Shown: piece by piece, positions 49,679-62,810 of the stretch | How positions within the stretch are numbered: position 1 is the first letter of the stretch | Layout of the letters: every line of letters begins with the position of its first letter | DNA from: Rhizophagus irregularis | Taxonomy: Eukaryota | Length of the DNA: 62,810 nucleotides | Direction: 5' to 3' | Assembly: GCF_026210795.1 (NCBI RefSeq) | Contig: NC_089430.1 | Location: forward strand, 6,076,001 to 6,138,810 | Made by a program: the position numbers and the translations under genes | Notes under the pieces: generated by a model | Database searches by the model: none | What the model was told of the DNA's origin: nothing | Seen by the model: the letters and a program-made list of their open reading frames with translations, nothing else

Positions 49679-50049
49679 TAGAGGTTTGCAAACGGGGCCC
49701 AGAACTCGGAAACCCTAATCCGGCCTGGACCCGGATCTGGGTTTGGGCCGGCAAATTTTCTTCAAAATTCATCTGGGCCAGGTCCGGGCTGGCACATGAA
49801 GTTTTGTCAAACCCGGATTTTCGTAATTCTGGCCAAAATCGTCTTAATTCTTGCCGAAATTAAACTGACCAAAATTAAGTTGGCCAATTTTTTTGTTTTT
49901 ACAACAAAATAATATAATAAAAGTCTGAGTCCGGTCTGGACCGGGTTTTTGATATTTTAAGTCCGAGCCGGGCCAGGCTGGGTACTTTATGTTAATTTTC
50001 AAGTGCGGGCCGAGCTGGGTTGTAAAATAGTGGTCAATGCAGACCTCTA
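49679..50049. mobile_element. hAT MITE (TAGAGG TIR), GC-rich subtermini
   Basis: tagaggtttgca...tgcagacctcta; TSD gtgtaaat/gtataaat (7/8). Confidence 0.85.
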
Positions 50050-50199
50050 GTATAAATTCTGTGAAAAATGTGCATGTCTCAAAGAAAATTCTTATAAAAA
50101 AAATTGAACATCAAAAAAAACTTATTAAATCATAAAATGTAACTATTATAAAAATAAGAAATTGTTGACAAAAGAAAATAGAGAAAAAAGAGGGAGAAA

Positions 50200-51200
50200 T
50201 ATCAAATAAAATGGCAAATATAGCCTATACTATTATTAATGATATCACAAATAAAAAGATAGATATTTCAAATCTTTATCCTATTTTTCAGAAACTTATT
50301 TGTATTCAGAGTGAAAAGTCAAACGGAACAAGATACCATTCAATATAAGATTTTAATTATTGCATTATTTTCATTATTTTATTAAAAAATTTCGTATATT
50401 TAATTTTCTTAATATAGGTTTTTACATTGGGCAATATCAGTATATAGCAGATCTGAAAAAGCAGCTTATGATGCAATGAAAACAATAATGCGTCTACCAT
50501 CCATTTCTACACTTAAAAGCTATATAAATAAAAGTGAAAAATGTTCAGGATGGTAAGATGAGACTGGATTTCAAATATTAGAAACTTTAACAGCAAATAA
50601 TATTTGGGAATATGGGTAAGTTGGATACTTTTCACATGATTCTTTTAAAATTCAAAAAGGTAAAATTGTTCTTATTTAACTTTGAAATGCATATAAAATT
50701 AATTAATTTATTTATTATTTTAAAAGGTCTTCTTTGGAGTTAACATGAAAACTGTTATGTTGAATATTCAGATTTTGAGAATGAAATGCAAAACCATCAA
50801 TCATTTGCCTTACAATATTAAAATGAGATTCATACAACATTTGATAAAAATAATTTACTACCTAATTCTACAGCTGAAAAGTAAGAATAAAGTCTTGCAA
50901 CACAAATTCATCAAGTTGTTTGGCATTCAGCAACACATAACTTTGTTTTTCCAGTTGCTTATTATGGTATTAATATAATTATAGCACATAACCTGAATGC
51001 TTTATTATTTAATTTTGCATCTAGATTAAAATGTATTAGCATACATATATATGGTTTAATTTGTGATGGTGCAGGAGAAAATAGAACTCATATAAAAAGT
51101 TTTGACTGGTATGCATCAACCTGATCTTCTGGAGATGTTGTGAAAGTTAATTTTAATAAAGATAAAAAATTATTTCATACAGCAGAAATTATAGATAAAG
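50200..51200 (+). pseudogene. Decayed P-element/THAP9-like transposase
   Basis: FLHWAISVYSRSEKAAYDAMKTIMRLPSISTLKSY, FSHDSFKIQKG, FPVAYYG, ICDGAGENR, with introns and stops. Confidence 0.6.
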
Positions 51201-52570
51201 TTTACCTTGTTAGCATTGAATCCAATTCAAATGAATTGCAATTTGTCAGTCATTCCTGCTATTCTGTAGAAACTTCCATGTTTGGAATGCATAGATTGTC
51301 ATTTTTATCTTTGGTAAGATAACTCGCATAGTAGAGTAAGGTCCAAAGTATATTGTCTATATTTGATTTTTGAGCTAAGATATTATAGTCCATATCTTCC
51401 ATAATCCTTATATTGATTGTATAACCCTTGAGTAATATTGATGTATTATTTTTAAAATCTTCAGTTGAGTTCCAAAGCAAATCCTTAATCGTTTTAATAC
51501 CTCCTGTTATGTTGCAGAAAGCATGTTATAAAATAATTCTAACAGAAGCTAATCAATGTAAGACTTACCTGTATCAATCCAATGTGCCTTCAAATTTCCT
51601 TCATTAATAAAAGAATTTATTGACCATAGGTTGTACAAATTAAGACTATTTCCAGCTCGGTATCCATTGTACCATTGCCTGACATCATCTAACTGATTTT
51701 CCTTACCATTATGTTGAAGAAGCATAAAGATTTCATTTTCAGTGAATCCAAAATAATTTGCAAATACTTCATGGTGCATTGGGAATACTTTCAAATTATT
51801 AAGCTCTGATAAATATCCTGACTTAGCAACACGAGAAATACCAACAAGAAGGGCCTTCTCCAAATTTTCATTATTGCCTCTGCGTTGGCCAATCCAATCA
51901 TTTGTAATCGTTTGTTAATCATCATTTGCAAGATTCTGTGAAGGCACTTCAGAGAAGCAAAAAACCACGAGCTTCTTCGTAATATTGATGTTGATAAGCA
52001 ACTTCAAGAGGGTGATCGTACTCATCAATTAGGACAATACACTTATTTCTGTGATAGTCTTTCAAGTACTTAAAGAGATATAGAAGGGCATCTTTAAGTA
52101 ACGCCATCCTTAAATTTACCAGAATTTATCTTATCAAAACGTGATTTATTTAGAATTTTATGGCTGACTTGATAATAAACATAATGATGATCGTTATATA
52201 AGGACCCCGGATATCTCCAAAACAGGTCATAAGTCACACTTTCGGCAGATTGGCCCATTTTCAGGGTAACAAAAATCGTTTTTTGTAAATATCTCGGCAT
52301 CCAGTGGTCCAATTTTGATGAACTTTTTTTTTAAATTGTAGAGCTAAATGAGGGCTACAAAATAAAAAATAGTTCATTAAAATTGAATTACTGGATGCTG
52401 AGATATTTACAAAAAACGATTTTTTGAGTTTCAGTAAAAAGGGGTGTTTTTGGCCAAAAGTCCATTATGACCTTTATATTAGATATCCGGAGTCCTGTTA
52501 TATAGAGTTGCCAACTGCTGACATAATCGGGTCTGCATACTTGACCAAGTTGAACAACTTTCATTATTCT
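51200..52570 (-). pseudogene. Fragment of an AAA-ATPase-like (PF09820/DUF1703-type) gene
   Basis: IVLIDEYDHPL, LLVGISRVAKSGYLSELNNL, FGFTENEI, WYNGY, HWIDTG; split by a MITE. Confidence 0.75.
52201..52496. mobile_element. 296-bp MITE, AGGACCCCGG family
   Basis: aggaccccggatatct...agatatccggagtcct; perfect TSD gttatata; opposite orientation to the copy at 15482. Confidence 0.93.
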
Positions 52571-52927
52571 GCGAAAGGGATGTAAAAAGTAGATCAACAA
52601 AATGGTTTGTAGTATTAGTTCAGACGAGAAGCAGATAACTATGGCACGCTGGACTGGACAGATGTTTAAATGTAAAAGCTAAATCATTTGACGTTTAAGG
52701 TTAACTGCGAAATTCAAATGATTTGCTGTACTGATAAACTGTTTACTTTATAGTTAAATTCTTTGCCAATACTGTCAAACAGTTTGGCGATATGACACCC
52801 CATTAGCCTGATCGGCAAAGGATATAACCTTATCCATCGTGTCTCAAATGCATAGGTTATATCCTCTATGGAAACCACGGTTTTTATTGGCCAATATTAA
52901 GCAGTGATCATGTGACCTTATCAACGC

Positions 52928-53890
52928 GGACATTTTTGCCCTCAATATTTTGAGGACATTTTTGTCCTCGCAACTTTGAGGAAATGATTTTGTCTCACAA
53001 CTACGAGGACATGATTTTGTCCTCGCAACTATATGAGGACATGATTTTATTTTCTCGCAACTTTGAGGACATTTTTGTCCTTACAACTATAAGACATGAG
53101 ATTTTGCCTCGCAACTATGAGGACATGATTTTTGTCCTCGCAACTATGAGGACATGATTTTTGTCCTCGCAACTATGAGGACATGATATTTGTCATTGCA
53201 ACTATGAGACATGATTTTTGCCCCTCGCAACTGAGGACATTTTTGTCCTTACAACTATAAGGACATGATTTTTGTCCTCACAAGTCACAACTATGAGACA
53301 TTATTAATTTTTTGTCCATGTAATTTAAGGACATTTTTGTCCCTCATAATTTGAGTGACATTATTGTTCTTGTAATTGAGAACATTCCTGTTTCTTGGAA
53401 CTCATGACATTTTGTCCTCATAATTTTGAGACATTGTTTGCTCTTGTAAATTTAAGGATATTTTGTCCTCATTTTGAGGACATTTTTGTCCTCAAAATCT
53501 TGATATTTTCATCCTCATAAATTTGAGGACATTTTGTCCTCATTATTACGAGAACATTTGTCCCTGCTTGTCTCGCTGACGAGAACATTTTATTCTTGTA
53601 AATTTGAAGATATTTTTGTCCTCAAAATCTTGTTTCTTAACATTTTTGTCCTTATAAATTTGAAGATATTATTAACCTCGCAACTTTGAGGACATTTTTG
53701 TCCTCACAATTATGAGGACATTTTTGTTCTTGTAACTGTAAATATTGTTAATTTTTTGTCCTCGTAATTTTAAGGACATTTTTGTCCTTATAATTTTGAG
53801 GACATTGTTGTCCTCATAATTTTGAGAACATTTTTGTTCTCATATTTTTGTTCTTGTAACTTTGAGGACATTCTTGTCCTCATAATTTGT
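52928..53890. repeat. Subterminal ~21-23-bp minisatellite (left arm)
   Basis: Units of gaggacatttttgtcctc(gcaact/ataatt), each internally palindromic. Confidence 0.92.
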
Positions 53891-56800
53891 ATATTTTGTT
53901 AATTATTATATAATGTAATTTTTTTTATATTTTAATTAATATATTATATACTATAGTATTAGAAATTACATTAATATTACATATATTATATAAAAAAATA
54001 TACTGATAATTTTAAAATTAATAATTAATATATTTTATTATTTACTATATTTTGCTAATTTTTACTTAATATTTTAATTAATATTATTAGAAGTTACTTT
54101 AATATTACATATATATTGTACTAAAAATTAATAAAAAATAAAACATACAAATAAATTTAAAATTAATAAATCATTTTTTTTATTAATAATTATATTTTAC
54201 TATTTATAATATACATACTGTATAACATCCTATTATTTATTTTATTTGTAATACTCTTAAAAAAATTTGACAAAAAAAAAAGTTTATAATACAATGTATG
54301 ATTTTAAAAAATAATGTTATGAATGTAATTTTACTTACTTTGAAAATGACAGATAATTTTAAATACTATTTTTGACTTATTTAATAAAAACAAGCAAAGA
54401 AATTTCCTTTTTAGAAATTTGTATAATCTTATGTAATAAAATTTTCCATTTTTAGATTTGTGTAATATTACATAATGTAAGCTGGCCAATAAAAATATAC
54501 CAAATTAGATTATTATAAATAAAGATATATAATAGGTTATTACAATTAAATTTTTTTTTTTTTTGCTGCAGCACAAATAATTCCTTATTAAGATTTTAAA
54601 GAGTTAAGCTAATACAATACACATACAACTAAGTTACAATTAAATTTAATAATTAATAAATATAATAATTTATCAACAATTAATTTTAAAATCATTTATT
54701 TTTAATAATTATAATATTTCCTTATAAATTTTTAATATAATATATATATATGTAATATCAAAATAACTTCTATAATATAATATTAATTAATTATTTATTA
54801 AAATAATAAAATATAAAATTTCTAATTTTAACCAAAGGGGAAATTCCTTCTGTAATGAATTAGAAGTGACAAATAAGATTTTTAATAATAAAAAAATTTT
54901 TTATTCCTAAATTAATTAGCAAAAATAAGGACATATATAAATGTAGGTTTAAGTTTGTTTAGCTAAAATATAAAAATTTTTCCTAAAAGAGATTTATTAT
55001 TGCTTATTTGATAACATAATTTTAAAATAGTCAGATATAATTATGTGTAAGCAAAGTATTAAATTATTAATAGTTAGATATATATAGCAGGATAGATTTT
55101 TTTTAATATATATAAATATACATTTACATTTTTTTACATTAAAAAAATCTAATAAAATATGTAAACAAATTTATAAACATGTTTTTTTTAAAAAAAATTA
55201 GTAACGTGCTTTATTAATTTATAAACATGTTTGTGTAAAAGAAATTTACTATTTTTAACACAAAGAATAAGTTAATTGTATATGTGATACAGGAACCATT
55301 TTTAGACGTGATCGTGTAACGTGTTTTTGACAAAACAAATACGCGTCTGCGTAACATTAAAAATATAAAAACATATACGCGTCTGTGTAACGCAGAAAAA
55401 ATATAGATTTAAAAGAAAGGGAAAAATAAGCGTTTTTCTGTTTTTTTATAATTTTACACTATAATTTTTGTAATAATCAATAAAAGTTATTTCATTTTTA
55501 CTTATTAAAAAATTTTTTATAAATATTTTTTTTAATAAATTTTACTAAAAATAAAAATTCCGCGTATTGGTAGCATTACAAAAACATGAATAAATCCATA
55601 AATATCTATTTAATCATGATAACAATTTATATATAAGTAGATTCAAACCTGCTGAACAACTTTACTTAAGAAGGTATCGGATGTTTCCTTTGACTGAAGT
55701 GCCTAAATTACGCTCTGAAGTCACAGAACAGATATACGAAAATATTTATAAGAAACATTTATTAGTTGTAATATTACAAAAAAATAATAATAGCTTTATC
55801 CATGCATTATTTCAAAAATTTTTGTTTTTTTTAGTTTTTTTTTATATACATATTTTATAAAAAAAATTATATATATATATATATGTGTCGTAAAATAATT
55901 AGCTAGCAGTATAAAAAATTTATGGATTAGATAAAAGTTTGCTTAGCAGATATAAAAAATATTTGCTTATTGACCTTAGTAAATTTTGAATTTTTTATCT
56001 GACCTATATATATATTGTTTGGGTTCTACTATAGGGTGTGATATATTGTAATAAATAAACCTAACTTTTAATCTAATTTTAATCTAACCTTAAAGTTGCT
56101 TGTCAAAATTAGTGAATTTTGTTATATCAAAATTGTTAAAATTATTTTTACATTTTGATCAATTTTAATAACTAGAATAATTTTGTCATTTCATTATATC
56201 GAAAATATTAAAATTATTTCTACTATTTTGCGAATGACCGTTTTTATTTTCAATAACATTTTTATCTAATCTAATCCCTACTCAATAATAAATATTAGGA
56301 AGAGAAAATTCCCTTCTGATTAAATGTAGTTATTTTCATAAAATGTAATAATTAATAAAATACAATAATTTATAATTATTTGTATATGTTTTTATATTAA
56401 CATATTTTTATATAAATCATTTATTGATTTTAAAAAAATTATTTGTATTTTTTTATAAATTTTTAATATAATATATATAATGTAATGTTAAAATAACTTC
56501 TAACATTAATTAAAATATTAAAAAAAATTATATTAAAATTAATAAAATATAAGAATTAATAAAAATATGTTAATTTATTAATTTTAAAAATTATTTGATT
56601 TATATAAATTTTTAATGTAATATATATTAATCATATATACTATGTAATGTTAAAGTAACTTCTAACAATATGTAATATTAATTAAAATATTAAAAAAAAA
56701 ATTATATTAAATTTAGTAAAATATAATAATTAATAAAATTATTAATTTTAAAAATTATTTATATTTTTATAAAAATTATATTAATTAAGAAAAATATATT

Positions 56801-58200
56801 TTTTTTATATCTGCAATATGTTGCATTTTCCTTTTTTTGGTAATTTTTATATATTAATTATGTTGATCATTTCAATCGCATGATTTCATTAAGATTTTCC
56901 ATTTTGGATCACAGAAATTACAAATAAATTAAAAAAAAAATTAAAATTATTTTTATTTAAATAAATATGATATATAATATTTTGTTACATATTTTATTTA
57001 TAATATACAAAAATAAAATGGCAAAAAAAAAGTTAATAATATATTAATATATAATATAAAAAATAATGAAATAATATATTTTTATCTTTTTTTGCAAATT
57101 TATTAAAGATGACGAAAACTGGTTTTAGATATTATTTTTGATTTATTTAATAAAAAGCATTTTTTTATTAAATAATTTGTAAAAAAATTGAAAAATTGTA
57201 TAAATCTTGTATAATAATTTTTTTGGGATTTGTGTAATATCATATGATATAAATTGATAAATAATAATATGCCATTTTAAAATATTACAAATAAGATATA
57301 TAGTATGGTATTATAATTAAATTTGTCTTTTTTATTTTTATAAATTTTTATTTTTTTAATATAATATTTATATGTAATGTTAAAGTAACTTCTAATAATA
57401 TATAATATATTAATTAAAATATTAAAAAATATATATATTACATTTAGCAAAATATAATAATTAATAAAATTATTGATTTTAGTTTCATGTAAATTTTTCT
57501 TTAAATAAAAAATATTGCTTCTCTTTGAGTATAATTTATTAAAAATAAAATTATTGATTTAAAAATTATTTGTATTTTTATAAATTTTTAATGCAATATA
57601 TATTATATAATATTAAATTAAATTCTAATAATATGTAATATATATTAATTAAAATTATTTTCATAAGTCTTTATTTTTACAATTTATACAATATAATATT
57701 AAAGTAACTTCTAATAATATATATTGCATTAATAAAGGAATATGTTTTTTTTGCAGCTTTGCGATATATCGCATCTTCTTTTTTGGTAATTTTTATATAT
57801 TAATTATATTGATCATTTTGATTACTGACACTTTATTAAAATTTTCTATTTTTCAAAAATCCTAGCATGAGACTTTATGCAATTACTATATATTATAAGA
57901 AATCTTATATTATGTATATTTTTGACTGCTCTACAAGTTTTCTTAATATATTAAAAAGGATTTAGAATGTCATTTTTGACTTTTATATTTAATATATTAT
58001 AGGAGTGCAACATAATACAGATGCAATAAAAAATAAATCCTTAATTAAAATATTAAAAAAAATTATATTAAAATTAACAAAATATAATAATGATTAATAA
58101 AATTATTGATTTTAGTTTCATATAAATTTTTTTGTAAATAAAAGATATTGCTTTCTTTAAGTATAAATTATTTATTTTTGTAAATTTTTAATGCAATATA

Positions 58201-58364
58201 TGGGGATACGTACTTGGTGAAAACGGGGAGGGGATAGGATCTAAAAATTTTTTTTGAGATTTCATTACAACTGTAATTTTTGGATAAATTGGAGCATAAT
58301 TATCATATAAACTTAAAAAATTTTTTTTTGAGGCTATCCCCTTGTTTTGCTGTGCTTATCCCCA
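58201..58364. mobile_element. Small MITE nested in the foldback element
   Basis: tata|tggggatacgtac...gtgcttatcccca|tata. Confidence 0.6.
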
Positions 58365-58580
58365 TATATCAATATTATATAATGTTAAAGTAATTTTTAA
58401 TAATATGTAACATATATAAATTATTTATTTTATAAATTTTTATTTTTAATATAATATAGTGTAATGTTAAAGTAACTTGCAATAATATGTAATATATATA
58501 TAAATTATTTTATTTTATAAATTTTTATTTTTAATACAATATATATAGTGTAATGTTAAAGTAACTTCTAATAATATGTA

Positions 58581-58847
58581 CCATATTTTGCAGGCCACAG
58601 TACCCTCCCTATGCACAGTACCCTACAAAAAAAGAACTCCCATTTTCTACCGATTTTATTATTTAAAATAATTTAATAAATACCTAGGTATTACTCATAA
58701 TAAATAAATCATCGAATTATTATATAAGTTTTTATACGTATCTGCTTAATAATAAAAACTTCACTTGAAAATGGTGGGAAGTATAAGGATTCAAAAGTCA
58801 TGAAAATCTGTATCGTACCATAGGGGTACTGTGGAAACGTTATACGG
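58581..58847. mobile_element. pogo/Tc1-like MITE nested in the foldback element
   Basis: ta|ccatat...ccacagtaccc ... ggggtactgtgg...atacgg|ta, interrupting an AT-rich repeat unit. Confidence 0.6.
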
Positions 58848-59499
58848 TAATATATATATAAATTATTTTATTTTATAAATTTTTATTTTAATATGAATAT
58901 ATATAGTGTAATGTTAAAGTAACTTCTAATAATATATAATATATTAATTAAAATATTGCAAGAGAATGGCCAGAAATTAAATCATTTTCTAGGAAGAAGG
59001 GAACTCAGGAAGTTAAAAGCAATAGTACTGCAATGTTATACATTTTCGATTTTTAGACACTTGTAGAGTTGTAGTTAATATAATTCTGGATAGAATTTAT
59101 TATTCTATATGAATCGATTCGCTTGACCCTAGTGATCTTGATAAAAACATATTTTGTGAATAACTTTTGATCTAGCAGTTCAATAGCTAGTCTAATATAT
59201 TGATTAAAATAATGCAATACATCATACTATATTAAAAAAAATTATATTAAATTAAACGTAAAATGTAATAATTAATGGAATATATCAATTTATTAATTTT
59301 AAAAATTATTTTTATTTTTTATAAATTTTATTTTTGAATACAATATGTATTATGTAATGTTAAAACCTTAACTTCTAATAAAATTAGTAAAAGCATCCAT
59401 TAGACGCTCCTGAATGAGTTAGTGGATAAAAACTGTTGCCTAATTTAGATAGCTAGAACATATAGATAAAACTAATTTGAAATATTTAAGTGGAAAAAT

Positions 59500-61382
59500 G
59501 TTTTGAAGTTCTGACGAGGCAAAAATGCCTTCAAGTTATGAGAACAAAATGGCCTTAAAATTATAAGAACAAAAATAACCCAAGTTATGAGAATGACAAT
59601 GTTCTCAAAATTACAAAGACTAAAATAAGGATAAAATATCCTCAAAATTATGAGAACAAAAATATTCTCAAAATTATGAAGATAAAATTGTTTTCCTCGA
59701 AATTACAAGAATAACAATATTCTCAAATTATGAGGACAAAAATGTCCTTAAATTATGAGTCTTCAAATTATGTGAAATAATTCTGAAAACAAAATGTCAT
59801 AATTACAAGAGCAAAAATGTCCTTAAATTATGAGAAACAAAAAGAAATATTCTCAGGTAATGAGAATAACAATATCCCTCAAATTTATAAAGATAAAAAT
59901 GTAAAGATTTTGAGGAAGCAAAATGTCAGCCCAAAATTATGAGAATAAAATATCATAATTATGAGGATAATAATGTCCCTTGAAATATGAGGACGAAAAT
60001 ATCCTAAATTACAAGAACAAAAATGTACGCAATTACGACGAAGGAAAAATGTACGCAATTGCAAAGAACAGAAATGTTACCAAAATTATGATAATAATGT
60101 CCTTAATTACGAGACAAAAATGTCCTCAAATTATGAGACAAAAATATCTCAATTGCGAGGACAAAAATGTCACTCAAATTATAAGAACGAAGTAATATGC
60201 TCAGTGGAACCAAAAAATGTCTTGATGCAACAAAATTGTCTCAAATTACGAAACAGAAATGTAAAATTCTGAGAACAGAAATGTTACTCAAATTATGAGG
60301 ATAATAATGTCCGTTAATTACGAAGGACAAAAATGTCCTCAATTGCCAAGGACAAAAATGTCCTCAAATTATAAGAACAGAAATGTCCAAACTCGGCCTG
60401 AGGACAGAAATGTCACCAAGGTAACGGGGAAAGGACTTAAATGTCTCCAAATTAAGGACAAAATGTCTTCAATTACGGGACAAAATTGTCGCCGAATTAA
60501 ACAAGAACAATGTCTCAATTACAAGGACAGAAATGTCCTCAAATTACGAGGACAGAAATGTCATAATTAAGGACAAAAATGGCTGATTCTGAGGGCAAAG
60601 GAAATTGTCACTTAGTGCAGAGCAAAGTAATACGCAATTCTGAGAACAGAAATGTTCTCAAATTATGAGGATAACAATGTCGCTAATTCTGAGGCAAAAA
60701 TGTCTCAAATTATGAGGACAAAAATGTCCTCAATTGCAGGCAAAATGTCACTCAAATTGCAGAAAACGATAATGTCGCCATTCTGAGGATAAATGTCAAA
60801 AGCCGATTCTGAGTTAAAATATTACCAGTGCAAAAACAAAAATGTCCTCCAAATTACAAGAACAGAAATATCCTCAAATTACGAGGACAGAAATGTCATA
60901 ATTAAGAGGACAAAAATGTCTTCAGTGCAAAGGACAAAATTGTCGCAATTCACAAAGAACAGAAATGTCGCAGATTATGAGGATAGCAATGTCATCAATT
61001 CTGAGACGAAAATATCCTCAAATTATAAGGACAAAAATGTCTTCAATCTGAGACAGAAATGTCACTCAATTACGAGACAAAAATATTCTCAATTACAAAA
61101 ACAAAAAATGTCTCCAATTATAAGGACAAAATAATATCAATTACGGAACAAATTGTCATCAAGTTACAAAGGACAGAAATGTTAAATATGAGGGCAAAGA
61201 GATGTCATATAGTTGGAACCAAAAATCATGTCGCAAATAGTTGCGAGGACAAAAATGTCCATAAAGTTGCGAGACAAAATATACTCAATTCTAACTTTCT
61301 TGATAATACATTAATTACGAGGATAAAATTGTCTCAAGTTACGGAGACGAAATGTCCTCAAATTATGAGGACGAAAATGTCC
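59500..61382. repeat. Subterminal minisatellite (right arm, inverted relative to the left)
   Basis: Units of aattatgaggacaaaaatgtcctc. Confidence 0.92.
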
Positions 61383-62148
61383 GCGCTTATAAGGTCGCAT
61401 GATCTACCTTAATATTGGCCAATAAAAACTATGGTTTAGTAGAGGATATAACCTATGCATTTGAGACGTGATGGATAAGGTTATATCCTTTGCCGATCAG
61501 GCGAATGGGGTGCGATATGAAAATAATTTTCCATATTTGGTTAAACTTGAAATGGTGCAATTTAAGTAAAAATTTTCTTTTTAAAAGTCTCGTGAAATCC
61601 TATTTTCTTTATAAGAAATTTGTTTATAGATTTGCAAATACTTTGAAATTAATGGCAAATGTTTTGGGAATTAATGACAAATACTTTGGAATTAATGATA
61701 AATGGTTTATATTTAACGCCAAATGCTTTGTACTTAAGTCAAATAATATGGTATTAATGTCAAATAATTTAGCTTTTACATTAAATATCTGTTCCGAGGC
61801 AGCGTCCTATAGATAACCTTAAATCTTGAGAGATAGGAAGATAACTGGATATTTGCAAAAATATTTATTATAAACATTTGATCTTTCCGTGAATTTTTGT
61901 GTCTTTGGCAGTTTATAACGGCAATTTTTATTGTCGGGATAGATGGGAATTGATAAAAATTTTTAAGCGTAGTGATGTTTATAGTTTTTGAAATTGTGTG
62001 GACGAATGACAAGAGAGATTATTTCTTTGCATTCAATGAACTTAGAAATAAAAAGTGTTTTGTTGATTATAGTAGAACTCTGATTCACAATTTTTTTAAA
62101 ACTATTTAAGTCTACTAGAATTTTTCTGCTTGCAAAGAGAGTAGCGGA

Positions 62149-62810
62149 GTTATGGTTAGGGTTATGGTTAAGGTTATGGTTATGGTTATGGTTAGGGTTA
62201 TGGTTAGGGTTATGGTTAGGGTTAGGGTTATGGTTAGGGTTAGGGTTAGGGTTAGGGTTATGGTTAGGGTTAGGGTTAGGGTTAGGGTTAGGGTTAGGGT
62301 TAGGGTTAGGGTTAGGGTTAGGGTTAGGGTTAGGGTTAGGGTTAGGGTTAGGGTTAGGGTTAGGGTTAGGGTTAGGGTTAGGGAGGGTTAGGGTTAGGGT
62401 TAGGGTTAGGGTTAGGGTTAGGGTTAGGGTTAGGGTTAGGGTTAGGGTTAGGGTTAGGGTTAGGGTTAGGGTTAGGGTTAGGGTTAGGGTTAGGGTTAGG
62501 GTTAGGGTTAGGGTTAGGGTTAGGGTTAGGGTTAGGGTTAGGGTTAGGGTTAGGGTTAGGGTTAGGGTTAGGGTTAGGGTTAGGGTTAGGGTTAGGGTTA
62601 GGGTTAGGGTTAGGGTTAGGGTTAGGGTTAGGGTTAGGGTTAGGGTTAGGGTTAGGGTTAGGGTTAGGGTTAGGGTTAGGGTTAGGGTTGGGGTTAGGGT
62701 TAGGGTTAGGGTTAGGGTTAGGGTTAGGGTTAGGGTTAGGGTTAGGGTTAGGGTTAGGGTTAGGGTTAGGGTTAGGGTTAGGGTTAGGGTTAGGGTTAGG
62801 GTTAGGGTTA
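62149..62810 (+). repeat. Telomere (TTAGGG)n with proximal variant repeats
   Basis: TTATGG/TTAAGG variants at ~62149-62263, then near-pure TTAGGG to the window end; G-rich strand runs 5'->3' toward the end. Confidence 0.99.

Larger units (their letters stand above)
52796..61512. mobile_element. 8.7-kb non-coding foldback-type TIR element with 8-bp TSD
   Basis: ~135-bp TIR caccccattagcctgatcggcaaaggatataacc... / ...ggttatatcctttgccgatcaggcgaatggggtg; perfect TSD cgatatga at 52788-52795 and 61513-61520. Confidence 0.93.

Noticed and set aside
52928..61382. CRISPR-like palindromic repeats
   Set aside because: No unique spacers, degenerate contiguous units, eukaryotic context, no cas genes.
59980..61412. 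ORFs in the right minisatellite
   Set aside because: They are translations of a 22-bp repeat in several frames.
62152..62391. (VR)n ORF
   Set aside because: Translation of the telomere repeat.

Overview
AT-rich eukaryotic chromosome end. It is most consistent with an arbuscular mycorrhizal fungus (Glomeromycotina, Rhizophagus-like), judged from short GT-AG introns, a Crinkler gene and the TE types. The window ends in a (TTAGGG)n telomere. Left to right: (1) the right terminus of a CACCC-ended TIR element; (2) a 5-exon aspartic-protease-domain gene with a 5.8-kb Helentron/Helitron2 in its last intron; (3) a truncated MULE-SWIM/RTC4-like pseudogene; (4) an ~11-kb decayed virus-like element combining Polinton/adintovirus-type genes (integrase, A32-like packaging ATPase, nuclease, AGTAG palindromic terminus) with a retroviral-type gag, a -1 slippery site and a retropepsin, plus a coiled-coil/TM protein, with no RT, polB or jelly-roll capsid recognisable; (5) a REase-family pseudogene, a membrane-protein gene and an apparently intact 7-exon Crinkler gene; (6) a dense field of MITEs, palindromes, micro-exon-like arrays and decayed ATPase/transposase genes; (7) an 8.7-kb non-coding foldback element with a perfect 8-bp TSD, ~640 bp from the telomere. 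The element in (4) is the best candidate for an undescribed system. All assignments come from motif reading by eye; no database searches were run.
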